A DNA stretch of 64,000 bases from Bacillota bacterium (GCA_012839805.1 DUMU01000005.1:31807-95806), one strand, 5' to 3'. Positions 26,867 to 37,500 are shown, counted from the stretch's first letter. Made by a program: numbers and translations. The notes: generated by a model from the letters alone, not told the origin.

Positions 26867-28189
26867 ATGCCGATCACGAAAGGAATCCGTTTAGACCCGG
26901 CGGGGCTTGCACCTTTCCTTGATTCCGGGGAACTGGAGAAGTTAGAGCCTGCCGTACTTACTGCCCATGATCTCCTGCACGGTGGAAGGGGAGCAGGCGC
27001 GGAATTTCGAGGCTGGCTCGACCTCCCCCGGCGGATACAGGGCGAAGAACTGGCGCGGATTCAGGCCGTCGCGGAAAGGGTTCGTGAGGAGAGCACGGCT
27101 TTCGTGGTAGTGGGAATTGGAGGCTCCTACCTAGGAGCGAGGGCGGCCATCGAGATGTTGCTACCGCTTTACCGGAATGAACAGGCGTCTGGCCGGCGCG
27201 GTGGCCCCAAGGTGTATTTCCTGGGTAACCATCTCAGCCCGGCGGTGACCGCCGAGATCCTCGAGCTGCTGGAAGGGGAAGAGGTGGTAATCAACGTCAT
27301 CTCCAAGTCGGGGACGACCACGGAACCGGCCCTGGCGTTCCGGCTCTTGCGGCAGGCTTTGGGCCGCCGCTATGGCCGACTAGGGTTACGCCGGCGGATC
27401 CTGGTCACCACCGACCGGGAAAAAGGCGGCTTGCGGCGGCTCGCCCGGGAAGAGGGCTATGAGACCTTCGTGGTGCCGGATGACGTCGGCGGCCGCTACT
27501 CCGTGCTCAGCGCGGTAGGCCTCCTGCCCATGGCGGTGGCAGGTATCGATGTGGGTGCGGTGCTGGAGGGAGCGGCGGCAGCGCACGACTGGTGGACGGG
27601 ACCTTCCCTGGCCGAAAACGAGGCCTACCAGTATGCGGCCTACCGGAATCTGCTGGCCCGCAAGGGGCGCCAGGTCGAGCTATTGGTGAATTTCGACCCG
27701 CACCTTCACACTTTCGGCGAATGGTGGAAACAGCTCTTCGGTGAAAGCGAAGGGAAAGACGGGAAGGGGCTCTATCCCGCCGCGGCGGATTTTACCACCG
27801 ACCTGCACTCCCTCGGGCAGTATATCCAACAAGGGTCACGGATCCTTTTTGAGACCGTACTGCACCTGGAAAACCAGGGCCCCGACCTCGAGATCCCGCA
27901 CGAGGCGAGCGACATCGACGGCCTGGAGTATCTGGCCGGGCGCTCCCTGGGTTATGTGAACGAGATGGCTTTTCGCGGCACGGTAGAAGCCCATGTGGCC
28001 GGCGGTGTACCGGTGATCCAACTCCACCTGGCCGAGCGGAGTGCCGTACTCCTGGGACAGCTCTTCTTCTTCTTCGAGGTTGCCTGCGCCATCAGCGGGT
28101 ATCTCCTGGGCGTCAACCCCTTCGATCAGCCCGGGGTCGAAGCCTATAAGCAGAACATGTTCCGGCTGCTGGGGCGACCGGGCATGTAG
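26867..28189 (+). CDS. pgi: Glucose-6-phosphate isomerase (Bacillus-type, about 440 aa)
   Basis: GIGGSYLGARA, VISKSGTTTEP and GGRYSVLSAVG motifs. ATG at 26867. The track's N-terminal extension is rejected. Confidence 0.92.
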   Translation: MPITKGIRLDPAGLAPFLDSGELEKLEPAVLTAHDLLHGGRGAGAEFRGWLDLPRRIQGEELARIQAVAERVREESTAFVVVGIGGSYLGARAAIEMLLPLYRNEQASGRRGGPKVYFLGNHLSPAVTAEILELLEGEEVVINVISKSGTTTEPALAFRLLRQALGRRYGRLGLRRRILVTTDREKGGLRRLAREEGYETFVVPDDVGGRYSVLSAVGLLPMAVAGIDVGAVLEGAAAAHDWWTGPSLAENEAYQYAAYRNLLARKGRQVELLVNFDPHLHTFGEWWKQLFGESEGKDGKGLYPAAADFTTDLHSLGQYIQQGSRILFETVLHLENQGPDLEIPHEASDIDGLEYLAGRSLGYVNEMAFRGTVEAHVAGGVPVIQLHLAERSAVLLGQLFFFFEVACAISGYLLGVNPFDQPGVEAYKQNMFRLLGRPGM

Positions 28190-28194
28190 TTGGT

Positions 28195-29286
28195 TCAGAA
28201 GTGGTAGGTGAGAGAGAGGGCCTTCGTACCGTCGAGCTGGTATTGCAGAGCGAACTCGGTATTGAACGGCAGCACCGAGGCGGTCAGGGTGGTCCCGAGA
28301 GTGGCGGAGCGATCACCTGGCCGCTGCACCGCGGTCAGACTGGCCGTGCCTCGGAAACCAGGCAGGTCGAGATCGAAACCAACCCCGCCGGTCCAGTCGA
28401 GCTGGCCCGAGGTATCGGCGGTGGCGTCCAGCCGCAGGAGAAAGGCAGGGGCGGGCGAGAAGCGCGTTGAGAGGGCCAGCACCCCGCGAGCCTCTTTGCC
28501 CACGGAGCGCAGACCGATTTTACCGGTCACGCGGCCGCTTTCTCCCAGCCGGAACTCGGGGCCGAAAGCGAGTCCTACCTGGGGGGAGTCCGATTCCGGC
28601 CAGCGCCAGCTGATGTTGCCCACCCAGGTGGTCCGGTTATCCAGCCGTGAGCGAAACTCGGTCTCGGCCACGGTGCCGGCGTAGCTCGAGCTTACCGGCC
28701 AGGCCGGAAAGAGATCGGGGGCAGGTTGGCTGAGAAGATCGATGAACGACTTTGATCTATACCCCAAACGGAAGAAGGCACCGAGGTTTCCGACGACGGC
28801 TTCCCCGCTCAACTGGAGCTGCGCTCCTGCCTGGCCGGCGTGGTAGGGGGCGAGCTGGAGTGCCAGGGCACTGTCGAAGCGGACATAGCCGAAGAGGAGG
28901 AGCATCTGCCGATAGGTGTACCGCAGCGAGAGGGTCTCCCTTGCCTCACCCGTGGTAAGGGCAGATATATGGTCGTAGCCCAGGGTCAGTTGCTCGGTGC
29001 TCCCCAGCTGACGAGCCGTGAGACCCAAACGGTAGGTGGGGCCATGCCAGGGCAAGGACGAGCCGTCTCCGGTAGCTACCAGAGAATTCTCCAGGGAGAG
29101 ACTCCAGGGCGCCGACGAAGCGAGAAGGGGTTGAGGCTCGGCAAGGAGCCAGAGGGCGACCATGGCGAGAATAACGAAGAAAAACCTGGTCCTCGGCAAA
29201 CGCGAGAGACGAGGTGCGGTGGGTAAAATACGAAGCAGGCGCGACTGGCCGCCCATCCTTGTCCCCCCGTACGCAATACTAAGCAC
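28195..29286 (-). CDS. Predicted outer-membrane beta-barrel protein (signal peptide; C-terminal ...LSLTYHF)
   Basis: N-terminal hydrophobic signal (FFFVILAMVALWLLA...LLASSAP). Amphipathic alternating strands throughout. Terminal aromatic Phe as in the OMP beta-signal. The start (29286 or 29256) overlaps or abuts the RND stop. Confidence 0.6.
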   Translation of the reverse strand: MLSIAYGGTRMGGQSRLLRILPTAPRLSRLPRTRFFFVILAMVALWLLAEPQPLLASSAPWSLSLENSLVATGDGSSLPWHGPTYRLGLTARQLGSTEQLTLGYDHISALTTGEARETLSLRYTYRQMLLLFGYVRFDSALALQLAPYHAGQAGAQLQLSGEAVVGNLGAFFRLGYRSKSFIDLLSQPAPDLFPAWPVSSSYAGTVAETEFRSRLDNRTTWVGNISWRWPESDSPQVGLAFGPEFRLGESGRVTGKIGLRSVGKEARGVLALSTRFSPAPAFLLRLDATADTSGQLDWTGGVGFDLDLPGFRGTASLTAVQRPGDRSATLGTTLTASVLPFNTEFALQYQLDGTKALSLTYHF

Positions 29287-32200
29287 GAGATTCTTCTTTC
29301 ACCGTGATTTTCCTGCTGGTGAACGAGATCTTTTCTCGACCGAGCCGCCAACTTTCTGCCAAGTCGTAGACGACGGGTACCACAACCAGGGTAAGCAACG
29401 TTCCGGACGTCATTCCTCCGATGAGGGCAACGGCCAGGGGAGTTTGCATCGCGTCATGGGCATACGGCCCGACCACCAGGGGGAGCAATCCCAGGATGGT
29501 GGTGATCGCGGTCATCAGGACGGGGCGGAGACGGGTAGGAGCCGCCTCCATCACGGCGGCTCGCACCGCCCAACCCTGGCGGCGCAGCTGGTTCATGCGA
29601 TCAACCAAAACGATCCCGTTGTTGACGATGATTCCGCCGAGGATAACCATACCCATGAGCGAGGAAAGCCCGAGGGGTGTCCGGGTGAGGAAAAGCGAGA
29701 AGAGGCTACCGGTAGCAGCCAGCGGAATCGTCGCCATGATGAGCCACGGGCGAAGTGGTGACTCGAACTGCACGGCCATGACCACGTAAACCAGGAAGAG
29801 AGAAAGAGCCAGGACCAGGTAAAGGTCGTGAATGGATTCGTCGATCAACTCCTGGGTACCGACGATGCCCGCGTGGTAACCTGGCGGCAGCGGTAGTTGC
29901 TGCAGCGTTTGGCGGACCAAGGCCGCCCCCCGGGATTGTGATAGCGACCCCAGTTCCGCCACCACTTGCACTGCCGGCAGCCCATCTACCCGCCGCAAGA
30001 CCGCCGGGCCCGCCTGCTCTTCTTCGGTGGCGACCCGCCCGAGGGTGGTTACGGACCGGCCGCCCGAAGGAGAGTCTACCAGGGGCGGAATCTCCAGTTC
30101 GGACAAGGCAGCGCGGGCGATAGAGCCGTCGCCAGTTGAACCCGGGAGGTTCGGACGCAGGACTACGGGCAGTGAAGCACCGGAGCCGTCGGATAGCGAC
30201 AGAACGGGTTCCCCCGTGAGAGCCTGGCGTACTACCTGGCCCACCTGGCCGGGGACGACGGCGCCCATGGCCGCCCGGGCGGGGCTCACCGTGTACCGCA
30301 GTTCCGGTACGTCTTGTTCTGAGTCACTGTATACGGCGGTGAAGCGACCGGTTCGCCGGAGGCGGGCCTCCAGTTGACCCGCCAGCCTGGTTACCTCGGC
30401 ATACTCCTTTCCGCGCACTTCTGCGATCACCGAGCTGTCGTAAAGCATGCCGAAGGAACCAAACCCGCCCCCCTTCGCCAGCGTTACGGTGGCATCGGGT
30501 GAGAAGTCCCTGGCGGTGGCCAAGAGGGCCGGAAGCAGCCGGCTGACCACGTCGTCGGTGTCCACGGTCCGGGCGGCTGCCGGGCGAAGCCGGACCGTCA
30601 GCTGCGCTCGGTGACTGCCGCGGTTCAAGAACGAGGAAACATCTGCGGTACCCGTACCTCCGATCTGGGAAGCCACCCAAAGTACCTCGGGGTCTTTTCT
30701 CAGGGCGGCCTCGAGGCGGGCTACCAAAGCCAGGGTTCGTTCCGAAGCAGTGCCCGGCGGGAGGGCTGCTTTCACGGTCAGCACGTCTTCGTCGGGCGCG
30801 GGAAGAAGTTGCGTGTCAAGCCGCGGCCAAAGCGATAGGGCAGCCGCCAAGGCGAGCAGCGCCAGCCCCAGCACCACGTAACGGCGGGCGAGTGCGAGTT
30901 GGAGAAAGCGCTCATAGAAGCGCAAATACCACGGCCGGGCGCCGGCGTTTAGCTCGTGGGAAGCTGGCAAAGGGGGCTTACCGTCTTCCCCGGGGGGCGT
31001 AATCATCTCTTCCCCTTTCCCGCGTGACCCCCATCGGGAGGCAGCGGCCGGGATCACGGTAAGAGCCACGGCCAGCGAAGCCATCAGAGCCAGAGTGACG
31101 GTCAAGCCGAGGGAGCCGAACAAAGCACTGGCGAGACCGCGGATGAAAACGACCGGCAGGAAGACGGCAACGGTGGTCAAGGTAGAAGCGCAGATAGCCG
31201 CCGCGACCTCGCTCGCTCCGACCACAGCCGCTTCCTTTCTAGGCATCCCCCGATCAGATAACCGCGAGAAGTTTTCCGTGACGACGATGGCGTTGTCCAC
31301 CACCATCCCCAGGGCAAGAGCGATGCCGCCAAGAGTCATCAGGTTGAGTGACTGTCCTAACCATCCCATTACGATCAGCGTGATGCTTACGGACAGGGGG
31401 ATACTCAGGCTGATGAGCAAGACCTCCCGCCACCGCTTGCCCAGGAATAGGAAGAGGGAGGCCACCGCCAGGAGAGCCCCCCAAAGCCCCGCGTTGCTCA
31501 AGGACTGGATGGAATTACGAACGAGCAGCGACTGGTCGATCAACGGGTATACCTCAACGCCCCGCTGTTCCAGCCGGAGCGCTTGCAACCGGGCATTGAC
31601 TGCGTTTACCACCCGTACCGTGTTCGCCCCCGAGCGTTTCTGTAGATGCAAGAGGATAGCCGGCTCGCCGTTCACCCGCGTTATGGAATCATCCGATGTT
31701 GTATAGACCTTGGTGATGGTGGCGATATCTTTCAAGCGTACCAGTTGGGGCACGCCCGCAAGGAGTGGGAAGAGGGGGTCGGTTGCCGGTGGCCGGACAC
31801 CCACCACCACGTTGGCGAGGTCGTCCACCGTCTTCAGGCTGTATCCGGTGCGGACCTGCCAGACCCGGCCGCCCTCGGTGATGGTGCCTGCAGGCACGTA
31901 GGTATTGGCGGCCACCAGGAGCTGGGCGAGCAGGTCCCGGTTGAGACCGAGCTCCCGCAGGCGTTCCTGGTCGTAGCGGACCTCCAGGCGGGCCCGTTTA
32001 CCGCCCTCGACCGTCACTTGCACGACGTCGGGAACCTGGCGCAAGGCGGGGGCAATCTCGTTATCCACCATCTCGGTGAGTTGCGCCAGGTCTTGCCGGC
32101 CGTCACCTCGTACTGCCAGCACCAAGACCGGGAACTGGCGCGGGTCGGTCGCGAGTACCATAGGCGGCCGGATCTCCTTGGGGAGAGTAAGAGCCAGGCG

Positions 32201-32539
32201 GCTGACCTGGGCCTGTATCTCACCAAGAGCCTGGGTGACGTCGGTGCCCCACTCGAATTCGAGGATGACTACCCCCAGATTCTCGAGGCTGTAAGAGGAC
32301 ACCTGCTTCACGCCGGGAAGCCCTGCCAGGGCGGCTTCTACCGGTATCGTAACTTTATCTTGAACTGTCTGCGCAGTAGCGCCCGGATAGATGACGGCCA
32401 CGGAAGCTACGGGGTAGCTGATCTGAGGGAAGAGATCCAGGGGGAGACGGGGTAGAGTTACCGCTCCGAAGACCAGGAGCGTCAAAGTGCACATGAAAAC
32501 CGCTACCGGCCGGCGGACGGCCCAGCCTGCCACAGGCAT
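29279..32539 (-). CDS. RND efflux transporter permease (AcrB/AcrD/AcrF family, 1086 aa)
   Basis: N-terminus RRPVAVFMCTLTLLVFGAVTLPRLPLDLFPQISYPV and 12-TM architecture with two large loops, typical of the ACR_tran family. Confidence 0.9.
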   Translation of the reverse strand: MPVAGWAVRRPVAVFMCTLTLLVFGAVTLPRLPLDLFPQISYPVASVAVIYPGATAQTVQDKVTIPVEAALAGLPGVKQVSSYSLENLGVVILEFEWGTDVTQALGEIQAQVSRLALTLPKEIRPPMVLATDPRQFPVLVLAVRGDGRQDLAQLTEMVDNEIAPALRQVPDVVQVTVEGGKRARLEVRYDQERLRELGLNRDLLAQLLVAANTYVPAGTITEGGRVWQVRTGYSLKTVDDLANVVVGVRPPATDPLFPLLAGVPQLVRLKDIATITKVYTTSDDSITRVNGEPAILLHLQKRSGANTVRVVNAVNARLQALRLEQRGVEVYPLIDQSLLVRNSIQSLSNAGLWGALLAVASLFLFLGKRWREVLLISLSIPLSVSITLIVMGWLGQSLNLMTLGGIALALGMVVDNAIVVTENFSRLSDRGMPRKEAAVVGASEVAAAICASTLTTVAVFLPVVFIRGLASALFGSLGLTVTLALMASLAVALTVIPAAASRWGSRGKGEEMITPPGEDGKPPLPASHELNAGARPWYLRFYERFLQLALARRYVVLGLALLALAAALSLWPRLDTQLLPAPDEDVLTVKAALPPGTASERTLALVARLEAALRKDPEVLWVASQIGGTGTADVSSFLNRGSHRAQLTVRLRPAAARTVDTDDVVSRLLPALLATARDFSPDATVTLAKGGGFGSFGMLYDSSVIAEVRGKEYAEVTRLAGQLEARLRRTGRFTAVYSDSEQDVPELRYTVSPARAAMGAVVPGQVGQVVRQALTGEPVLSLSDGSGASLPVVLRPNLPGSTGDGSIARAALSELEIPPLVDSPSGGRSVTTLGRVATEEEQAGPAVLRRVDGLPAVQVVAELGSLSQSRGAALVRQTLQQLPLPPGYHAGIVGTQELIDESIHDLYLVLALSLFLVYVVMAVQFESPLRPWLIMATIPLAATGSLFSLFLTRTPLGLSSLMGMVILGGIIVNNGIVLVDRMNQLRRQGWAVRAAVMEAAPTRLRPVLMTAITTILGLLPLVVGPYAHDAMQTPLAVALIGGMTSGTLLTLVVVPVVYDLAESWRLGREKISFTSRKITVKEESRA

Positions 32540-32544
32540 CCAGT

Positions 32545-32605
32545 CTTGTCCCCTTCCTTTTCCCTTCCCCCGTCCCGTTTTCCTTTGCCTTTCCCTGTCT
32601 CCTCC
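32545..32605 (-). repeat. 61-nt polypurine tract on the coding strand, immediately upstream of the RND start codon
   Basis: The plus strand is 56/61 pyrimidine with no A. The coding strand reads GGAGGAGACAGGGAAAGGCAAAGGAAAACGGGACGGGGGAAGGGAAAAGGAAGGGGACAAG. Confidence 0.9.
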
Positions 32606-32646
32606 AGCGGTGTGTCCCCGGGGCGCCGGGCAGGCGACTTGGGGGG

Positions 32647-33429
32647 TTAGCGGGTGGCTTGGCCTGCGACCACTATGGTGGCGTCCCGGGGCAGGCTGAG
32701 GACCGTGGCCGCGGTCAAGCCCGAGTTAACCTTGGTCTCCTTCACCGTCAGGACGTAGCTGAGCTGGCCCTTCGCGTTGTACACCTCCAGCCGGTGGGTG
32801 AGCCAGTCACTCGTGCTGACCCAGATTTTCTGCCAGCCAATGGTCGGGCTGGAATCCCGGCTCCGGGGAGCTGCCCGCACCACCCGGTAGGTTTGCCCGT
32901 CCCGCTTCTCCTCGCCGAGGTAGGTGAGCTCGAAGACGGTCGCGGGGGGCAGCCCCACCAGGCTATCCAGGCCGAGGGCCACATCCAGTCCTTGCTGGCG
33001 CAAGAGTGCGTTGAGGTCCTGCACCACGATCTCGTGGGTTACCGGTAAATAAACGCGCAGCTCGCCAGCGCTGCGGTCAATGACCATCACCTGACCAGCG
33101 ACGAAGTCGGGCGTGAGATAGTTCAATCGGAGGGCGTTGGGTAGCTTTATTTGCACCCGTCCGGTCAGGGTGGCCTTCTCTCCCGTGTTGGGGTTGATTT
33201 GTTCAATCTCGATAGACATGCTCAAATCCTGAAGTGTCTTTAGATTCTTCTCCACACGTGCCGTCAAATCGGCCAAAGCCCTCTCGGCGTCGGTGCCGGA
33301 GCCGGCGGCTGCCGCTACCCGCGGGCCATTTACCCCGAGAAAGAAGGCGACGGCCATGGCCAGGACCATCACGAGCGGGTTGGCTCCGGTGGTGGGTGCA
33401 GCCGGGGTGGCGAAGATCAGCGAGCGCAT
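32647..33429 (-). CDS. LolA-like / outer-membrane-lipoprotein-sorting-like periplasmic protein (signal-anchored)
   Basis: N-terminal hydrophobic segment followed by an all-beta-looking sequence of about 200 aa, with the LolA/DUF4367-like pattern (LxGxVxIKxPNxLRLxY...VxDG....Y) recalled from the family. Confidence 0.55.
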   Translation of the reverse strand: MRSLIFATPAAPTTGANPLVMVLAMAVAFFLGVNGPRVAAAAGSGTDAERALADLTARVEKNLKTLQDLSMSIEIEQINPNTGEKATLTGRVQIKLPNALRLNYLTPDFVAGQVMVIDRSAGELRVYLPVTHEIVVQDLNALLRQQGLDVALGLDSLVGLPPATVFELTYLGEEKRDGQTYRVVRAAPRSRDSSPTIGWQKIWVSTSDWLTHRLEVYNAKGQLSYVLTVKETKVNSGLTAATVLSLPRDATIVVAGQATR

Positions 33430-33596
33430 AGCGGGCCACTCCTTTCACGGGGCGGATGGTTGTCCTCCCGAATCCTACAGCTGTATGAACTTCGAGACAA
33501 GCCTGGCCATTCCTCCTCGAAATGCCAGCGAGCGGCTCCCGGCGTTCATGGTACACTGGACCCGGGCCCATGGGCCAGGACAAGGAGAGGAACATC

Positions 33597-34499
33597 ATGA
33601 CTCCAAAGCCCCGCTGGTTACTACGACCGCTTCCCGATGCCCGGGCCACGGCGCAGGTGCGGCGGTTGGTGGCTGATTTGCATCTGAATACCGTCTGCGT
33701 GGATGCGGGGTGTCCGAACCTGGGTGAATGCTGGGCGAAGGGCACCGCCACCTTCATGATCCTGGGTGAACGTTGTACCCGTAATTGCGGCTTCTGTAAG
33801 GTGCAAACCGGCCGGGGAGAAGCTCTCGATCCTCTCGAACCGTGGCGGGTGGCGCAGGCGATCCGCCGGCTGGGAGTGCGGCATGCGGTGATTACTTCTG
33901 TGACCCGCGATGACCTTCCCGATGGAGGGGCAGGCCATTTTGCGGCCACCATCCGGGCCGTTCACCAGCTGAACCCGGGGGTGAGTGTGGAAGTACTGAC
34001 CCCGGACTTCAAAGGAGACCCGGCGGCTTTGCGCACCGTTCTCGAGGCGGAGCCCGAAGTATTCGCCCACAATGTGGAAACCGTCGCTCGTCTTCAGCGC
34101 CGGGTACGACCCCAGGGAGGATTCGAACGTTCCCTGCAGGTACTAAGGAAAGCGAAAGAGCTGCGACCGCAGGTGCTTACCAAATCCAGCCTCATGCTGG
34201 GACTGGGGGAGAGTCCCGAAGAGGTGCGAGAAACCATGGTGGTGGTACGGGCGCAGGGAGTCGACTTCTTCACCCTCGGCCAGTACCTGCGCCCCTCCCC
34301 GGAACACCTGCCGGTCGAGCGATTCGTCCCGCCCGAGGAATTCGAGGAATACCGGCGGTTCGGTTTGGAGATCGGGTTCCGGTACGTGGCCGCCGGTCCC
34401 CTCGTGCGCAGCAGCTACGATGCGGCGGCAGCACTGGAGGCGGTGCGGGCGGCGGCCGGAGCGCAAAAAGCGGCCGGCGACCGGAGCGGCCACCTGTAA
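33597..34499 (+). CDS. lipA: Lipoyl synthase
   Basis: CPNLGECW auxiliary cluster and CTRNCGFC radical-SAM cluster. ATG at 33597 after AAGGAGAGG. Confidence 0.93.
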   Translation: MTPKPRWLLRPLPDARATAQVRRLVADLHLNTVCVDAGCPNLGECWAKGTATFMILGERCTRNCGFCKVQTGRGEALDPLEPWRVAQAIRRLGVRHAVITSVTRDDLPDGGAGHFAATIRAVHQLNPGVSVEVLTPDFKGDPAALRTVLEAEPEVFAHNVETVARLQRRVRPQGGFERSLQVLRKAKELRPQVLTKSSLMLGLGESPEEVRETMVVVRAQGVDFFTLGQYLRPSPEHLPVERFVPPEEFEEYRRFGLEIGFRYVAAGPLVRSSYDAAAALEAVRAAAGAQKAAGDRSGHL

Positions 34500-34522
34500 C
34501 GGCTGGCAGGGGCTGTATCCCT

Positions 34523-37500
34523 TCAACCGGATGGTTGGCCGGATAGCCGGAGAGGGGCGACCGCTTCGGCCAGCAGAGCGGTCCTGAGCCCCCGGCGCTG
34601 GACCCGGCCCGCTACCACCAGGGCCGGGGCGCCGAACAATATGGTCCCATAGCGCTGGTATACCGGCTCGAAAGCAGTAACGTCCAACAAGCCCTCTTCA
34701 TCCTCCAAGGTGAAGAAGACCACGGTGCGGCCGCTGCGGGTGGGGGGCCGGTGGGGGCGGATCAGTAAACCCGCGACCTTAACGCGTGCTCCTTCCGGGG
34801 CGCCGGCCACTTCCCGGCTGGAGAGGATACCTTGCTTACGCAGATGGGAACGGAAAAACGAAAGGATATGACCGCTCGGACTGAACCCCAGGACGGCGAA
34901 CTCCCGGGAACTTTTTTCGAAAGGGGTAAAATCTCGCTCCTCCCCTTCTGGGGGCATTTCCAGAGGTAGGTGGAGCTGTACCTGCGAGCCCGGCAGCAAG
35001 CCTCCCCCCGGCGGGCCTGCGGGCGGCCGGTCGTTCAGGAAGGTGGGCAACTGGAAAAGCAGGGAACGCCGGTTCCTCGTGAGGGAATCAAAAGCCCCGG
35101 CCAGGATCAGGTTGGCCAGCACGTCCCGGTCGAGATCCACCCGGCGTACGAAGTCGGCGAAGCTCCCAAACGGCCCGCCGCCTTCCCGGGCCGCCAGGAT
35201 CTTGCGTACTCCCGCTTCCTTCAACCCGTCGACCTGCAGGAGGCTTGGGCGAATCGCCTGGATCTTGCGCCCGTCGTCACCTTCTACGGTTTCCACGGTA
35301 AACCTCCAGCCGTCGCTCCGGTTGACATCAGGATTGAGGGTCCTGATCCCGCGCCGGGCCGCCTCCACGACCAGCGCGTGAGGCGGGTAGAAGCCCATAG
35401 GTTGATAACTCAACAGCGCCGCGAAAAACGGGGCGGGGTAATGTTCGAGAAGGTAGGCCGTCTTGTACGCAGTGTTGGCAAAAGCGGCCGCATGGGCTTC
35501 GCAAAAGCCGTAGCCAGCATAACCTACGATGTAAGAGAAGATGGTCCGGGCGATCGCCGGCTCGATACCCCGGGATATGGCCCGGGCGATGAACTCTCCT
35601 CCAATCGCGTCCATCTCCTTTTGTGACCGGTAGTGCGTCATCACTCGCCGGAGCCGGTCGGCCTCTCCGGGCGTGAAGCCGGCCACCTGGGTGGCGATGG
35701 CGATCACCTGCTCCTGATAAAGTACGACCCCATAAGTCTTCGCCAAGATGGGTTCGAGTTCGGGAAGGAGGTAGGTCACCGGTTCCCGTCCCCGCCGGCG
35801 GGCCAGGAAAGGCTCGACCATGTCGCCCTTGATCGGCCCGGGCCGGATCAGGGCCACGCTGGCGACCAGGTCCTCGAAGCGATCCGCCCCCAGCCGGGCC
35901 TGCAGAGCCCGCTGGGCCGGACTTTCCAGCTGAAACATGCCCACCGTCTCTCCTTGGCGTATCCGTTCATACGTAGCCTCATCGTCGTCCGGGATGCTTT
36001 CCTCGGCAAAGTGGGGATCTACCGCCCGGGTGACGGCCACCGCCTGGTCAAGGGCCGAGAGCGCCCGCAAACTCAGCAGGTCCAGTTTAATCAGGCCGAG
36101 GTCTTCCACCGCGTCCTTGTCGAACTGGATGATGTCCACGCCCTTGGCAGCTACCTGAACGGGCGAAATCTCGGTGATGGGATCACGGCTAATGACCAGG
36201 CCTCCCAAGTGAGTGCCGATAAAGCGGGGAAAACCGGCGACCCGGGCGGCCAGTTGGAAGAGGAGCTGGTATCTTTCGAGGGGCAGGCCGCTGTCACGGA
36301 TCTCCGGGAGCTTGGTTACCGCCTCCGGGATGGCATCAGAGGGAAGGTACGGGAACTTCTTGGCCAGCCGATCTATCTCTTCGGCGGGGAAGCCCAGCAC
36401 TTTACCGATCTCCCGCAGGGCCGAACGGGCATGATAGGTCGAAAAGGTACAGACGGAGGCAACGTGTTCGCGGCCGTACTTGCCGTAAACGTATGCGGCC
36501 ACCCGGTCTCGATGTTCGGCGGCGAAATCGATGTCGATGTCGGGCTTTTGCGCCCGCTCCAAGCTCAGGAACCTTTCGAAGAGCAGTCTCCGCTTCCAGG
36601 CATCCACCTCCGTCAAGCCGAGGCAATAGGCCACTACCGAATCGGCGGCCGAACCGCGCCCGGCCAGCCGGATGCCTTGCCTTCTGGCAAACTGAACCAG
36701 GTCCCATACCACCAGGAAATAATCCTCCACCTGCAGGCGGGTGATCACGTCGAGTTCGTGGCGAAGGCGAGCGGCCAGGGGGGGCGGGATCGTCCCGTAG
36801 CGGTGCCTTGCGCCTGCCTCTACCAGGCGGCTGAGAAAAGATGCGGCCGACTCCTCACCTGGGGGCAGGGGATAGGTGGGAAAACGAGGCCGGGTGAGGT
36901 CGAGGGCCGGTTCACAAAGCTCGGCGATGGCCAGCGTCGCCCTCAATGCCCGGGGATAGGCCGCCCAGAGGGTGGCCATCTCTTCGCTCGTTTTTAGATA
37001 ACTTTCACCGTTGAGCGGCCGCTCCGGGTGAACTTCCTCCAGCGTGGTGCCGGTACGAATCGCAGTAAGCACATCATAAAGTGGAAAATCCTCCCGTCTC
37101 AGCTGGTGAACGGGGTTCGTCGCCACCACGGGTATGCCCAGCTTCTCCCCGAGAGCTGCCAGGGTACGGTTAAGCGTAATGCTGCGGGGAAGGCGGCGAT
37201 CCTCCAGCTCGAGGTAGAAAACGGTCAAACTGTCCCGGAAAAACCGGGCGACGGCCTCGGCCTCCCCCGGGCGGCCGGCTAAAATCAGCCGGCCGATCTC
37301 CCCTTCCCGGCCACCGGAGAGAACGATTAGATCCTGCCAGAGCTCCGGCGAGCGATCGGGGAAGGCTTCCCGGGGTAGACACGGGCTTTCCCGGGGGCTA
37401 CGGGTATGGGCCAGAGTCAACAAGCGGCACAAGTTGGCAAACCCACGCGGGTTACGAGCCAACAGGATCAGGATCGCAGTCGAGCCTCCGGGTACGAAAG

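Noticed and set aside
35633-36997. 454-aa plus-strand ORF antisense to dnaE2 (plus the 218-aa ORF at 34970-35626)
   Set aside because: This is the same GC-driven antisense artefact. There is no RBS or start context and no recognisable domains. The opposite strand carries a clear PHP/polymerase gene.
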